Assembly: GCA_000165425.1 (NCBI GenBank)
Contig: CT867987.1
Coordinates: 1-64,000 of the forward strand
Source of the DNA: Paramecium tetraurelia
Lineage: Eukaryota
DNA: 64,000 nucleotides
Reading direction: 5' to 3'
A program made the position numbers and the translations under genes. The notes under the pieces were generated by a model. It saw nothing but the letters and a program-made list of their open reading frames with translations. It had not been told where the DNA came from and did no database searches. The stretch's first letter is position 1. The number at the start of each line of letters is the position of its first letter. Below, one piece after another: positions 27,038-39,939 of the stretch.

Positions 27038-28666
27038 TCAAAATTAATTCTTTTTTGGTAAAATCGAGTCCTCTGAATCGAGATTATAAACAATCCCAAG
27101 AACCCCATTATTCATTCCATAATATCTCCATTTGGGATCATACTCATCAGGGATCTTAAATCTTAAATCAAAAGGACCAGATTTTCTCTCTTACTTGATA
27201 TAAGTTGCTTTGTTTGTATACATCGAGATCTTTTTATGTCCTCGAACAATGGTAGAAACATTCTACCTATAGATTTCTACTTCCTCAAGTGATACACCTG
27301 GCAAATCGATAAGGATTATATATTGAGTTCCTTGGATAATATCGATCTAGGGTTCATATTCCTCACCTTCCTCATTGTCAATATCTACAGGTGTAGACAT
27401 CAGTTTAGCTGTGGAAATATTTTAAGTGAATTTGGGGGAGGTTGCTTATTACTTGACGATTCTTTTTTCATTTGGTAGATGCGTATCTTAAATGGTTAGT
27501 TTGATTTGCTTTTTCAAGAGAGTACTAATTTTTAATTCGCAAACTTCAACAATGTCATCATATTTTAGTGTTTTCTTTTGATGAGGCACGACAACCAATT
27601 TCAACCAATATTTGAGAAGACTATAAGTCCAAGGATTAATGCTCTTGCCCAAATCAGAGTTGTCATTTACAATACATATGTGTCTACTCGTTTCTGTGTT
27701 GAACCACAGAACAGACTTTTCTTCCAATTGATTTGTGAAAGGATTCATTGCTTCAACAGTAGACTTCTATATATTTCCTTCTAAGATTTTTTCAATTTAT
27801 ACTTACCAAACATGCTGAATCAGATTTGGATTTGTAATATCTTTAAGATTGTGGATTACTATAATTTCCTTAAATTGTTTGAGAGAGGTGCTTAATTTAC
27901 GAGCTAATTAATCTAAATATCTAACTTCAATGCTTGTGAAATCATTGACAACGCAAATGAAATAGTCAGTTAATTCGAATGATATCTCCAGGATTGCAGT
28001 TTCAATTTATTATTTCTCTTTTAAATTCTTAAGATTCTCAGGTGCATAACTACCTGCTGTATCTATCAACACAAATGAATTATTTTTGTCAACAATGCAT
28101 TGTTTGAAACTGATGCCTTTGGTTGTTATTTTGGATCCTGTGGGGAGATTTTGATTGGTTAATTGATTTAGAATATGGGTTTTCCCTTTGTCATACAAAC
28201 CAAGCACTGCAACTCTAGCTCCCTTCAGTTCATTGTTGTTCACCAACAACTTGAAATATTGGATTAACAACTACCTTCCAAGACGAACTCATATTGATAT
28301 CCATCACTAGGTCATAAATTTGGGTATCAATTATGTTGTACTCTTGGATTGATGGTTTTTGATCATTAGTTATAATATTGGGTATTTCATTGCTTTTCCC
28401 CAGAATTTGGGGATTGTTCAGTTATCCAATAATGCTTAAGGTTTCTTCGCATCTGATTTTCAGTTCATAATGCAAAGCTTCATAAAGATCAAAAAATTCA
28501 TTTATTGACTGCATCTTCCTAAACATCTCAGCAAAAGTTTCCAGCAGATCCAAATTCTCCTTTAACAGATTTCCCAAGATCTATAGACAACTCCGGAATG
28601 CATCTTAGTCCTTAATTACATCAATTCCTTTACTAAATTAATATCACCCTCCTATGGAGAACTCAT
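27038..28666 (-). CDS. P-loop GTPase fused to a C-terminal HSP20/alpha-crystallin-like domain
   Basis: VAVLGLYDKGKT (G1), TTKGIS (G2), LIDTAG (G3) and IHNLKD (G4-like). C-terminus EPQIDII..YIILIDLPGV..VRGHKK..ERKSGPFDLRFKIP..MNNGVLGI is typical of an alpha-crystallin domain. Small introns lie in the 5' part. Confidence 0.8.
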
Positions 28667-28815
28667 ACTACGTAAAACGAAATTTATTATTTAATATAAA
28701 TATATTTGGTTTTTCTAATACTCTTTAAGTTTCTAGATGGATTTAACGAGTTTCTAACAACCCTCATAATTAATTAGATATTTATTTATCTGACTATTAT
28801 TTTTTCCCCTTTCGC

Positions 28816-29969
28816 ATGTCAGTACCATCAAGAAATTCAAAAAGAAGTTACGCTCCTCTTATATTTCTTTAGATCACACGACCTCAATCAATCAAAATCT
28901 TCCAGGTCCAGCCAGCTATGAACCCAAAATAGAAGTCTCACATACCAACGCTCCGAAATGGACTATGAGTGGAACTTACTCCAGAGAAATCCCCATTATT
29001 AAAAACCTTCCAGGCCCAGGTCAATATGACCCTCGATTACCATCGTCATAGAGAAAAACTTTGATTTACGGCAAAGCCTATTAAAAAGACAAAGAATCAT
29101 AACAAAAACCAGGCCCAGGAGCATACAAGGTTGAAATCTCACAGCTCTCCAGAATAGGATTCAAAATAGGCAGTGAGAAAAGGTATAAGGAAGAAAAGAA
29201 ATTATCCCCAGGACCTGGAGATTATCAGGTTGAAGTCAAGAATCATGTTCAATCATACATAATTGGTTAATAAACAAGATCAGGAAAAATCTATAGCAAT
29301 CATGTAGGTCCTGGATAATATGAAATTCCTTCCTTATTAAAAACTGATGGAGGATTTAAGATGGTTCCTCGCAGAGAGAAAACTCTATCAATGATCACTC
29401 CTGGTCCTGATGCATACGAACAACTCAGGTAAGAAAGAGTAAAATCATTTAAAATTGGGACAAGCAAAAGAGAAGGCATTTTTTAAAAGTCCGTTTCTCC
29501 AGGTCCTGGCAACTACGAGGTCTAAGCAATCAAAGAGAGTGTTGCCTACTCAATAGGCAAAAAACAACGATAAGATACAAAACTTGATGCACTTCCAGGA
29601 CCAGGAAGTTATTAACCAATTAAACCTAGCACTGCTCCCAAATACTCAATCTATCAGAGATATAGAGAAAAGACTGAAGCTTCAGGTCCAGGACCTTAAT
29701 CTTATACTATTGGAGAGTTTCGAGAAACTAAAAGCATAATATTTTGTCAGGCTAAAAGAGATAGTTACAATAGGATATAAATACCTGTATGATTATTTGT
29801 CTCATTTTAGGGACCAGGGGAGTATGAAACAGAATTAAAAATTAAGAAGCCTCAAGTGAGTATTGTATTTGGAAGTGAGAAAAGATCACAGAGTTGCTCC
29901 GAAAATACGAAAATGCCTGGACCAGGTGCGTATGATATAGCATCCACTTTTTATGTGAAAAAGAAATGA
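28816..29969 (+). CDS. SHIPPO/ODF3-like (sperm-tail PG-rich repeat) ciliary protein
   Basis: About 11 PGPGxY-type repeats (LPGPASY, PGPGQY, PGPGAY, PGPGDY, PGPDAY, PGPGNY, PGPGSY...); introns near 28847 and 29786; TGA 29967-29969. Confidence 0.88.
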
Positions 29970-30023
29970 TTCGATTAGATTCAAATTATTATTATTCACT
30001 TTATGAATACAGTTTCACAGTAT

Positions 30024-30460
30024 CAAAATCTCTTTAAATTACTTTTCTTATTTTATTAGTGGTTGTCTTGACTCTAATCTGAGAGAGCATAAAGGGGATT
30101 ATTTTAACTTCGATTTTATTGAATACTTTAATGTGTGCTTATGTTATTACTATAAGATTAATTAAATTAATGGGCTCGGTATGTTAGAAAGGTGATAATA
30201 TAGTGAATTGGCCTTGTAAAAGCAATCCGAGAGGTTCCAACCCAAGAACAACTTTCACAATAATTCCTGAGGAGGACTCTGTAATATACTCTTAATAAGA
30301 TCGGTCGGTTTTTACAGCCAGCCAATTTTATCAGAATCCAGATAGTTAAGTAATTCAATATGAGTAATGTAGAGACAAACAGTAATGTTAGGAAATGCAA
30401 TCGCTGTAGATAACAAACTTTAAATTCTAAATGTGTACATATCTAAACTACTTTCTTCTC
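30024..30460 (-). CDS. Small hypothetical membrane protein (start uncertain)
   Basis: The hydrophobic ORF 30167-30400 extends in code 6 to a TGA near 30024; no family recognised. Confidence 0.3.
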
Positions 30461-30488
30461 ATTCAATTAAGTAAATAAATGATGTATA

Positions 30489-30917
30489 ATGAGATTAACA
30501 AATACAAGAAGCAATTCGTATGAAGTATCTTTAACCAACCTAAATCCTGAATTGGGCTGTTATTGTGAATGGCATTTGGAGTCAGACAAGTTGCCAATTC
30601 GTTCTGGGGATAAAATTGATGTAAATTGACTTATAATGATTTAGTTAATCCATATTCTGACAGGAAGATATCTTATGGCCACAGAGATGGATGAAGAGGG
30701 TATAGTCTATTGTGGTTAAGGTTCTAGTAGATGCTGGACAATTGAATTTGATGATAACATTTTAAAAGATGGGGCAATATTTGAATTGAAACATAATGAA
30801 ATTACTAAATACTTATCTTTCATTAATAAAAAAGCATCGTTGTCACATAATCGGTAGGTTTGCTTAAACGACAATGAAGGGAAGAATAACTATTGGAAAT
30901 TAGTTTTGATTTAATGA
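30489..30917 (+). CDS. Small MIR/beta-trefoil-like protein (SDF2-like)
   Basis: PIRSGDKID|LIHILTGRYL, CWTIE..LKDGAIFELKHNEITKYLS and NNYWKL; one 24-nt intron; TGA 30915-30917. Confidence 0.55.
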
Positions 30918-30941
30918 TTAAACATAATTATTATTATTAAA

Positions 30942-32439
30942 ATGATTATTAGATAAGCTCAGCTATTTCTAAGATGGGTCCCTCAACCTAAATACTATCA
31001 TGGAGGATTGAAAGATCAAGATCGTATCTTTACTAATGTCTATCGCGATGGAGATCCTTATATTCAAGGTGCCTTGAAAAGAGTAAGTATAATCATAATC
31101 ATAGGGTGACTGGCATAGAACAAAGGACATATTGACAATGGGTTAAGATTGGATTATAGATGAAATCAAAAAGAGTGGTCTTAGAGGCAGAGGAGGTGCT
31201 GGATTTCCAAGTGGTTTGAAATACCTCATTCATGCCAAAAGTCAATCCAGATGGAAGGTATTTTGATTAATGCAATTATGAAATAAAGGCCTTCTTATTT
31301 GGTTATAAATGCAGATGAATCTGAGCCAGGCACATGCAAAGATAGAGAAATCTTGAGGCACGATCCTCATAAATTAGTAGAAGGAGCCTTGTGTGTGGGA
31401 TTTGCAATGAGAGCCAGAGCAGCATATATATATTGCAGAGGAGAATTCTGGGTAGAAGCTAATGCCTTGTAATAAGCAGTGGATGAGGCCTATAAAAAGG
31501 GATTTTTGGGTAAAAATGCATGCGGAAGTGGATACGATTTCGATGTCTATGTTCACAGTGGAGCAGGTGCCTACATTTGTGGAGAAGAAACAGTAATTAT
31601 TTAATAAAAATGAATAGGGTTTAATTGAATCCTTGGAAGGAAAGCCAGGAAAGCCAAGACTCAAGCCACCCTTTCCAGCAAATGCAGGTTTATGGGGTTG
31701 TCCAACCACTGTTAGCCAATGTTGAAACAGTTTCAGTTTGTCGCAACCATTCTTAGAAGAGGAGCAAATTGGTTTGCATCTTTTGGCAGACCCAACAATC
31801 GAGGCACTAAACTATTCTGTATTTCTGGTCATGTTAACAATCCTTGTACTGTTGAAGAGGAAATGTCCATTCCTCTTAAAGAATTGATTGAAAGACATTG
31901 TGGAGGAGTCAGAGGAGGTTGGGACAATCTTAAATGCATTATTCCTGGAGGATCATCAGTCCCAATGTTACCTAAAGAGACATGTGAAACTGTGCTAATG
32001 GACTTTGATGCTTTGAGAGATGTTAGATCTGGATTAGGAACTGCTGCTGTCATTGTCATTGATAAATCTACTGATATTATTGATGCTATCTTAAGATTGA
32101 GCAAATTCTACAAACATGAATCATGTGGTCAATGCACACCTTGCAGAGAAGGTACTTCATGGTTAGTTGATTTGTTGGAAAGAATGAAGGTTGGAAATGC
32201 TGATTTTGCTGAAATTGATTAATTAGAAGTACTCTAAATCTTATTTATATTGAAAGGAATTAACATATTAAATTGAAGGACATACTATTTGCGCTCTTGG
32301 AGATGCAGCTGCATGGCCAGTTTAAGGATTGATTAGAACCTATAGAGAAGAGATTGAAGAAAGAATTGAAGACTATCATGCCAAACATCCAGTGAAGGCT
32401 AGACAATTACGTAGTAATCCTTAATCATCAAGCCATTGA
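30942..32439 (+). CDS. NDUFV1: NADH:ubiquinone oxidoreductase 51 kDa flavoprotein subunit (apparent frameshifts)
   Basis: [63 protein letters not shown] and [14 protein letters not shown]; small introns; TGA 32437-32439. Confidence 0.95.
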
Positions 32440-32460
32440 TATACACATAAAATATTAATA

Positions 32461-33700
32461 TCACCATCTTGGGATTGTTTGAGATCTCTTTTTCTCTTAT
32501 TTTAATAATTTTAAACTCTTATTCTTTGCTTCTTCATCCAAAATCTGTTATATCTTCTCTAAGGTTCTTATTTCAACTAATAAGATGAAAATACATTCTA
32601 CAAAGGCTTTTCTTTTGATCTAGATATTTCAAATTAAAATTATTATGAGTTATTGTATTTTTCAACATAACTTTATCCTTTACTTCTTTTTTCTTGGATT
32701 CTATTTATACCTTTTAATTTACTATTTAATCTTAATTATCTATAAATTAAAATTTCTTATTTTGTCTTTATATAAATCACTTACTCTCCTCAACTTTGTA
32801 GATCTTATTTTTATTTTAGTTCCAAAATTCAATCTTGTAATTAATACTGCATGCTTTTATGTGATACTTCTAGTCTCCTTAGTTAGATGTTTGAATAATC
32901 ATAATTATTTAACTTTTTTGAAAGAGCTCCTAAATTATTAGTGAAATCTACTATTTATTTATTTTCATATTTTTATATGTCTAATTAATAAGAGAGTTCA
33001 TTTGCCTATCCCATCAGGCTGTTGAGGATTATGAGAGTATACAACTATTTTCTTTTCGAACTGCTTCAGTTGGATGAGTTGAGGCTTTGTGTTTCTATCA
33101 AACCAAGGGTTCTGTCAACAACTCTCATTTATTCTTATCAAAAAACTAAAATTAATCACTTGCAATCAGTAAATAATATTAATTATAAATTTTCACTAAG
33201 AATTTTATCATCCAATTACATTTATCCAAATTTACTGTCCTAAATTAAGGAGAATTTGTCACTACAATAGAATATTCCTTTTATAATTTACCTTTTATAA
33301 TTCTTTGTCCATGCTAATGAAATCTAATTAAGCAATGCTCAAATTCTGATAGGATTACTTCTTAATTGTTTGTGTGATTATTATTATATAATTCGTTTTA
33401 AATTAATAATCCACTGTAAATTCTTATAAAGTATCCTCAACTATTACTCAATGATATCATTACCCAATATTTTAATATCTAAATCATTCAATTTATTATC
33501 TACATATATCTTTAAAAGTTTCCATGTCGGCTTATGCAAGATATTATTGAGATTGTTCATTTAGGATTCAAAGAACACAGCTGAGCCTGGAATTATGGAA
33601 TGATTTAGGTAATCTACTATGTTTTACTGAAATTTTGAATTAGGCTAGTTAATCAATCAAAACATATTATTATACTGAGAAGTTGAAGCTAAAAATTTAT
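32461..33700 (-). CDS. Hypothetical coiled-coil protein (start and internal structure uncertain)
   Basis: Long K/E/Q-rich code-6 frames on the minus strand ending ..RSQTIPRW-TGA at 32461. Confidence 0.5.
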
Positions 33701-33786
33701 AGATTGAAAAGTTTAACAATATTAAGAGAAATATATTTGAGTGAAGTTATGTTAATTATAATTAGTGAACAAAATAATAATTATAA

Positions 33787-34968
33787 TCAACTCTATAATT
33801 TTGTAATCACTTTAGTAATAGTGAGCATAAATTTATAGAAACCAACAGCATGTTGATATGATCCATTAGCATCAAGTACTTTTTCTGGGAAAGCAATTCC
33901 GAAGCCATAGTTATTGGAGATCTCTCTTCCTCCGTAAACTAATGTCATATTTTCATCATCATAATTAATCTTATTATCGATCAATTCCATGTCATTTATG
34001 GATATGATAGGTAGAGTATTTCTTTGGAATCCAGTAGCTACAATAACTTTGGTGCACAATGGCATGTAATTCTTGTACTCAGCTGAGTCAATTTCTGAGA
34101 TGCACTTGGGCTTTTCTCCAATTAGGATGTTTTTGGCCCATTCAGCCACTCTCCCTTTAAGACCTGTAGAGTCATTCATGATTTTTCCATTTGGCAAATA
34201 CTCGGCCACAATGATTGGTCTTCTTTAGAAAATGTATATGTGTTTAGGCCTATTTGGTGAGTTGTAGAGATTCATTGCAGCCAAAATTCCAGAGTGACTG
34301 TTACCAAATATACAGACTGTATCCTCATTTGTAATGTGTTAATGAACATCTTCTGGACTCATGGCAGCGTAGAGGTCAATTTCTTTGAGGGTAGGGTAAA
34401 GTTTGTAGAGTGAAGCATCTACAGTCTCTATTGTATTTCTTTTCGAACCAGTACAATGGAAGACGTATTCGCTCTCGAACTAATAAAATAATCGTCATTA
34501 TTAATACCTAACAATTATTTTTTAATGTAATTTTATTAGTGTGGCCTAGGTTCTCTATTTTTTCTACAACACTTTCCATCTTCGCTAGTAACCCTTTGCA
34601 TGTTTGATCCAATATCACCATGACTTTCTTAAACATCTCATAGGAGAAGCCGAGTTCACAAGTAGTGTTTGGGTCGAAATTTTTAAATACCTAAATTAAC
34701 TAAAATTTCATACTTCAGCGGGGTCTTCTACTTCCTTATGATCCTCAATCCATCCCATTCTCTTTAAGGTGTTTAGGAATAGTTGAATCTAATTTTTATG
34801 TTTAAAAAATACTTTTGTGTTGGATGGTATGTGATTAAACTGGTTCAAAGCTCCACAATTGAATTGGGGATCCACCCATGCAATCGGAGTCATGTTGTTT
34901 TTAAGCAATTAACACACTGTTATGATACCAGCAGGTCCTGCACCAATTACTGTAGATTTAAAATTCAT
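33787..34968 (-). CDS. FAD/NAD(P)-dependent oxidoreductase (pyridine nucleotide-disulfide oxidoreductase-like fold)
   Basis: N-terminal TVIGAGPAG, WVDPQFNCG, IPSNTK, second Rossmann motif VCVFGNSHSG, VIVATGF and YGFGIAFPE; small introns. Confidence 0.85.
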
Positions 34969-35723
34969 ATATAATATATCGTTTTTAACAAGTGTTAGAA
35001 AATGAGTTGTATTGTCACAAATAATAAGTCATTAATAAAAGTTCGTCATCGAATACTACGATTTCGTTTTGAAAATTAATTAATTAAGTATATAAAAGTT
35101 TATTCATTAAAATTGTAAACAAGTATCTAACTTATATTAATCAAATTATATTAATTTAATTAAATGATGATTAACTATAAATTATTTTATCATTAATTCA
35201 AAATATACGTTATTGGTTAATAAATACAATATACAATTATACTCATTTTAAATCCAATACCAATTGTTCCTGAAGGGGAAAATCTTCCTCTTCATATTTT
35301 GATCTTGCTATTTGAGTCTTAAGATAAATTGATGAATGAAAGGGGAATTTTGGATCTGAATTATATTTTAGTTTTTTCCCCTTTTGAGCCTCTTCATGAT
35401 TTCTATATCACATTTATACTATGTATTATGAAAGATCTCCACATTCTTGATAGAAAATTAGCTTCTTTTAATAAATCCACAAACAAAGAGATTGAAGGTA
35501 TTAATATCGAATATTGAAGGAGAAAAAACATAATTAGAGAGCTATTATGACTATGGAGATAGAAAATAGCATATTTTATATTAATTATATATTGATACCA
35601 TTTTATACCTAATTAATATAATGAAATTTGTAAATCATAATGAGGGCAATTTTATTAATTATAATTATAATTTTGAAATGACTTTTAAATGTATATAATG
35701 TTTAACATATATAGATAAAACAA

Positions 35724-37204
35724 TCAACAAGATTGACACCTAGCCAAAAATTATAAGAAATGTCTACCTAGAAATAGGGTTAAGGGATAAAAATACCAAA
35801 TTATGTGAATTGATGTTCTTCATATTTATTGATTTAGATCTGAATTATTTCTTTTTATTTGTCATTGCATTTCGAATAGAAGTTTTGCATCACATAATTA
35901 CCAAATTAATTATTGATTAAAATTAGTAACATTGGTGGTACGCAATTATTCATCAGGATTTTGCAGATGCTTGCAATATCTTCATCTGATGCCAATGTTA
36001 TATATTTCTAAGCCACGTTGCTTAACGAAATTCAATCTAAATAAATACCTGGCATATTTATCTTAACTGACTTCCAGAATTCTGGCTTTGACGAATTTCC
36101 CAATTACTTCAAATCCTTTAGGCGGTCCTTGGGTGATCATGTGCTGTACAATGTAGTTCCCGTATTGACAAAATTGTAATCTCTCACATAAAGGTATAAG
36201 GGAGATGTAGAGTTGTTGTAACTTTTGGTTGGGAAAGATTTCAAGGCATTTTTAAGCAATTCTGCATCCATAGGGATGAGACACGATGTGATCGACGTTG
36301 TTTGTGACAATGTCAATTATGAACTCAGCCTCGGATGCCAAGTCTATGATTTTCTGGATTACATGATTTCCACATTGATCGAAGATGAGATTCAACACTT
36401 GACTTTTGATTGATTAGATTAATTGTATTTTTTGATGGTTTTAAATGAACTCTAGTAATTTTTAGATGACTCGACATCCGAATTTGTCATAGCACATGTC
36501 GATGAGGTAAGGGTGAAGCTATTCAAAGATGAGGGTTCTGAGGTTCTGATTGCTGTTTTCTATAATTTTCTGAATGACATAATTTCCAAATTTGTGTTTA
36601 GAGAGGAGTGGTAAATCATCGATTAAGGCTTTAAATATTTTGTCTCTCTAAAAGTCGTTTCCTTAAATGAAGGACTATTGGATAATTAGGGACGCATATT
36701 GATCTTAGCATTGTTGTGACTACAATAGGAATGGGAGATTTACTATGGTTTGTTCTGAATCTGTGGACGATTGCATTCTCTTGGTTCGTTTTTATGAGAA
36801 GTATCCGTCTTGATAAGGGTAATAGATTGAAGATTGAGAGACCATGTATTGGTGGAATTCGTAACTCATGGAGTGTTACCTTTGTTGGATGAAGGCTGGT
36901 TAGACAGTAAAATAAAAGTTGTTTGGATCATTGGAAGGAAATTCTTATTAACTTTTTTTAATATTGACGATAATACCCTGGATCATCAAGAACGAGTGGA
37001 CTTTCTTTAACATCTTTGAAGCTTTTGGCAGGCTAGATGGTTTAATAGAGAGAATTGTTTACAGATTGAGAATGCTGTTGGGATTTAGTGATGGAAGATC
37101 TGAATTCTGAACATTCTGACTCATCCTCTAATGAGATAAGAAATGTAATTACCGTCTAGCAGAGAACCTATCATATTTTTTTCTGATTGCTCTGTTTCTT
37201 GCAT
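35724..37204 (-). CDS. Pumilio/PUF-family RNA-binding protein (8 repeats)
   Basis: Repeats DQYASLIIQ, HKFGNYVIQ, DKFGCRVIQ, DQCGNHVIQ, HPYGCRIAQ, CQYGNYIVQ, DKYASNVAQ and NQFGNYVMQ, ending FGRH; small introns. Confidence 0.93.
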
Positions 37205-37253
37205 TGATTTTATTAAGTAATAAATACAAACAAAATTATATATATATACAAAT

Positions 37254-37925
37254 TCAGCATTGTTTGGCTTTAGAGGAGTTGAAGAATTCTCTAATGAGAC
37301 ATTTAAATTTGCTTTGGAGTTGTTGTTGTTTGGGTAAAGGTTTCAATTGTTTCAAGTAGATTTTTTTATTTTTTTGATGAGATTTATTGATGGGTATAGT
37401 ACCACTTGGCGAGAATTATAGAGATTATACAGCCTTGCGATCTCTGAGCAATCTGTTGATGGTTTTTTCTTGTCGCAGGACTTATTGTTTGATATTTTGG
37501 AGAAAGCAATTCGAACTTGGGACATATTTATGAGTGCGAGATTGGACAATTTGAGGATGTTCAGTTTTCATGCGTTGTTGTTCAGGCGTGTTAGTTTTTG
37601 TGGGTGAAGTTTGTTAATGCATACTTTCATCTAGGTCAGGCTTGGATCGTAGAATGAATAAGGGATTTCTTGCGAAGATTCTGAAATTCTTTCTTTTTTG
37701 ATCATTTCTCATGTATTTCTTGGTTCCATCAAGTTTGCTAAGGAAGACTTCTTCTAATCTGGCTTTTTTGTGATGGGCAATTTCGCATAGTTGATTGGGG
37801 AGACGATCTTCTTTGAGTGCAGTGAGGCCGCAATGATCACAAACACAGCTTTTACGTCGAACTTGGGTTGTATCTAATTTTGGGCCGTCAAGGTTCTTGG
37901 TAGAGATATGATGTTTGTTATACAT
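37254..37925 (-). CDS. Hypothetical basic protein with RRKSCxCxxCG motif
   Basis: Intronless 224-codon code-6 frame from ATG 37925 to TGA 37254. Confidence 0.7.
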
Positions 37926-37938
37926 AATATATTAATTA
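37926..37938. promoter_or_regulatory. 13-bp spacer between divergent start codons (putative bidirectional promoter/overlapping 5' ends)
   Basis: cat(37923-37925) aatatattaatta atg(37939-37941). Confidence 0.45.
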
Positions 37939-39699
37939 ATGGATTAATCTGTAGTGGCTTTAAAGGTTGATATAAATTCAATAATTGTTAGGCTGAGGTG
38001 AAGGAGTATCAGATGAGCAAAATAGATAGTAATGTCATCCTATTCATCTTGCTGGTATCCAAGAGGGATGGGTAGTAATGGACATTAGAGAAGAGGTATT
38101 CGGAATTTGACGATCTGAATACTAACTTGAAGAAGGTGGGATTATTATTCATTGATTATAGGTGTTCACGAATTTGCCTCCATTGCCAGGGAAAACATTG
38201 TTTAAGTTGAAGGAACATGTCGACATCGAGAAGCGAAGAGTGGGACTGGATTATTACATTAAGGTAAAAAGATATGCATAAGAGTAGGAATTATTAAAAA
38301 GACCAGATGTGTTTAATTCTGAGCAGATGAAACAATTTTTATAGTTGGAGAAGCATGCTTAAGAATAAGTGGTCAATCCACCCAAGATGTTAGGAGAAAT
38401 TACAGGATTCATTCACGGATTAAGAGATTTCTATATAGAGAGATCACAGAGTAAAAAAATCAATTCACAATATTGTAGATGTCATTTTCGTCTTATCTTC
38501 TGACATGAATGTGGCTAGCAGATTCGATGCCTACTTAACTAATATGAAAATGCCATGGGAAAAGGAAGCTCCTCCAACTCTCTTGGCTGTTGGATGTTTG
38601 GAATGTTGGGTGAAGACTAATGATGAGAACGAATTCAAGTATGAGAGAATGTGGAATAAAACCTATCCATCATAAGCAATATGTTTGTATTGGGATGCAG
38701 TGACGTCAACTCTAATCGTTGGATTAGATGAGGGAAAATTGAATTTGCTTAAAGTACCTCAAGAGAGTCAATTTATCAGATACGATGAAGTACCTCAATC
38801 ATATATCAACCTTAGTAAGCAGATATCAAGGCACATTAGGGTAGAGTGATGGGTGTATTTTATGATTCCATAAATTCCCATATTCATTCTGTATCAGAAG
38901 ATAAGAAATATAAAGTACTTGACTTTTAAAGATAAATCACTGTTGCTGAAATCTAACCAAGTCAACATGGTTTGACTGGTTTGGCAGCTGATAAAGACAA
39001 TAGAAGAATATTTGTTTCAGATAGAGGAGGTTACGTTCACGTCTTTGAAATTACCTCTGCAACTATGGGTCCCTCTTTGGCTGTTTCAGTGGCATCCCAA
39101 ACACTCTCTCCTATCAGAGGAATCTTTTTTGATCCTGTCAAGAACTATTTATTCACAGCAGGTTTCGACCAAGGTGAAATTGGTATCTTCGAAGTTGGTA
39201 AGTCTGGCAGAGAAAAATTTACTAAATAAACAGCAAGTTTGAAAGATAAACCACAAGTGAGAGAAATAGTTTGGTCACCTTCCAGAGGAGAATGCATGGT
39301 TGGCAATAAAGACGGTACAGTCACAGTGTGGAGTGGCAAAAAAGCTGCACCAATATGTACTTTTTAGCTATGACATTCTTAGTTGTAATTAAGGCTCATA
39401 ATACTGACATCACCAAACTCCAGTGGTATGAAGATAAACATATGTTGGTTACCAGTGGAAAGGAGAAGTCTTTGAAAGTATGAAGCGTTCTTAATTCATA
39501 GTTCTGGCAATTACCAATGGAATGGAGAGACAAAAAGATTGAGTAGTAGGAAGCGTATGAATACGAACAATGGAAGAAATAAGAAAATATCAAAATAAGT
39601 ATTGAGTCTACTAAAAAGGTATTTCTATATATATAAACACATTCTTAGAAAGAGTTTGATTCTGATGAGGATGATCTTAAAGGATGGCATAAAATGTGA
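37939..39699 (+). CDS. PX-domain + WD40 protein
   Basis: PX: WTLEKRYSEFDDL..LPPLPGK..EKRRVGLDYYI. WD40 blades follow (AHQGRVMGV, AHNTDITKLQW..TSGKEKSLK). Acidic tail DEDDLKGW; many small introns; TGA 39697-39699. Confidence 0.88.
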
Positions 39700-39939
39700 A
39701 GTGAATATCAAAAATATAATAATATATTATTCAAATTTCTCATAATTTGGTATCCCTCAGTCTAAATTCATAATAAAAGTGCTGACTTTGCTTACTATTA
39801 CTTATGGCATGTTAATGAGTGTTTACGATGGTTACATCCTTACAAATTGAATTGCCATTTAATGCAAGGACAGAGGGGTGTTATTTAGCATTATAGAAAT
39901 AGATAATAATTATTATGTTATAAGTTTATTTAGTTAGAT

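Noticed and set aside
31374..32104. Minus-strand ORFs over NDUFV1
   Set aside because: Antisense shadows of a conserved, relatively GC-rich gene.
35240..35600. Short ORFs on both strands between the oxidoreductase and PUF genes
   Set aside because: No consistent frame or motif could be established.
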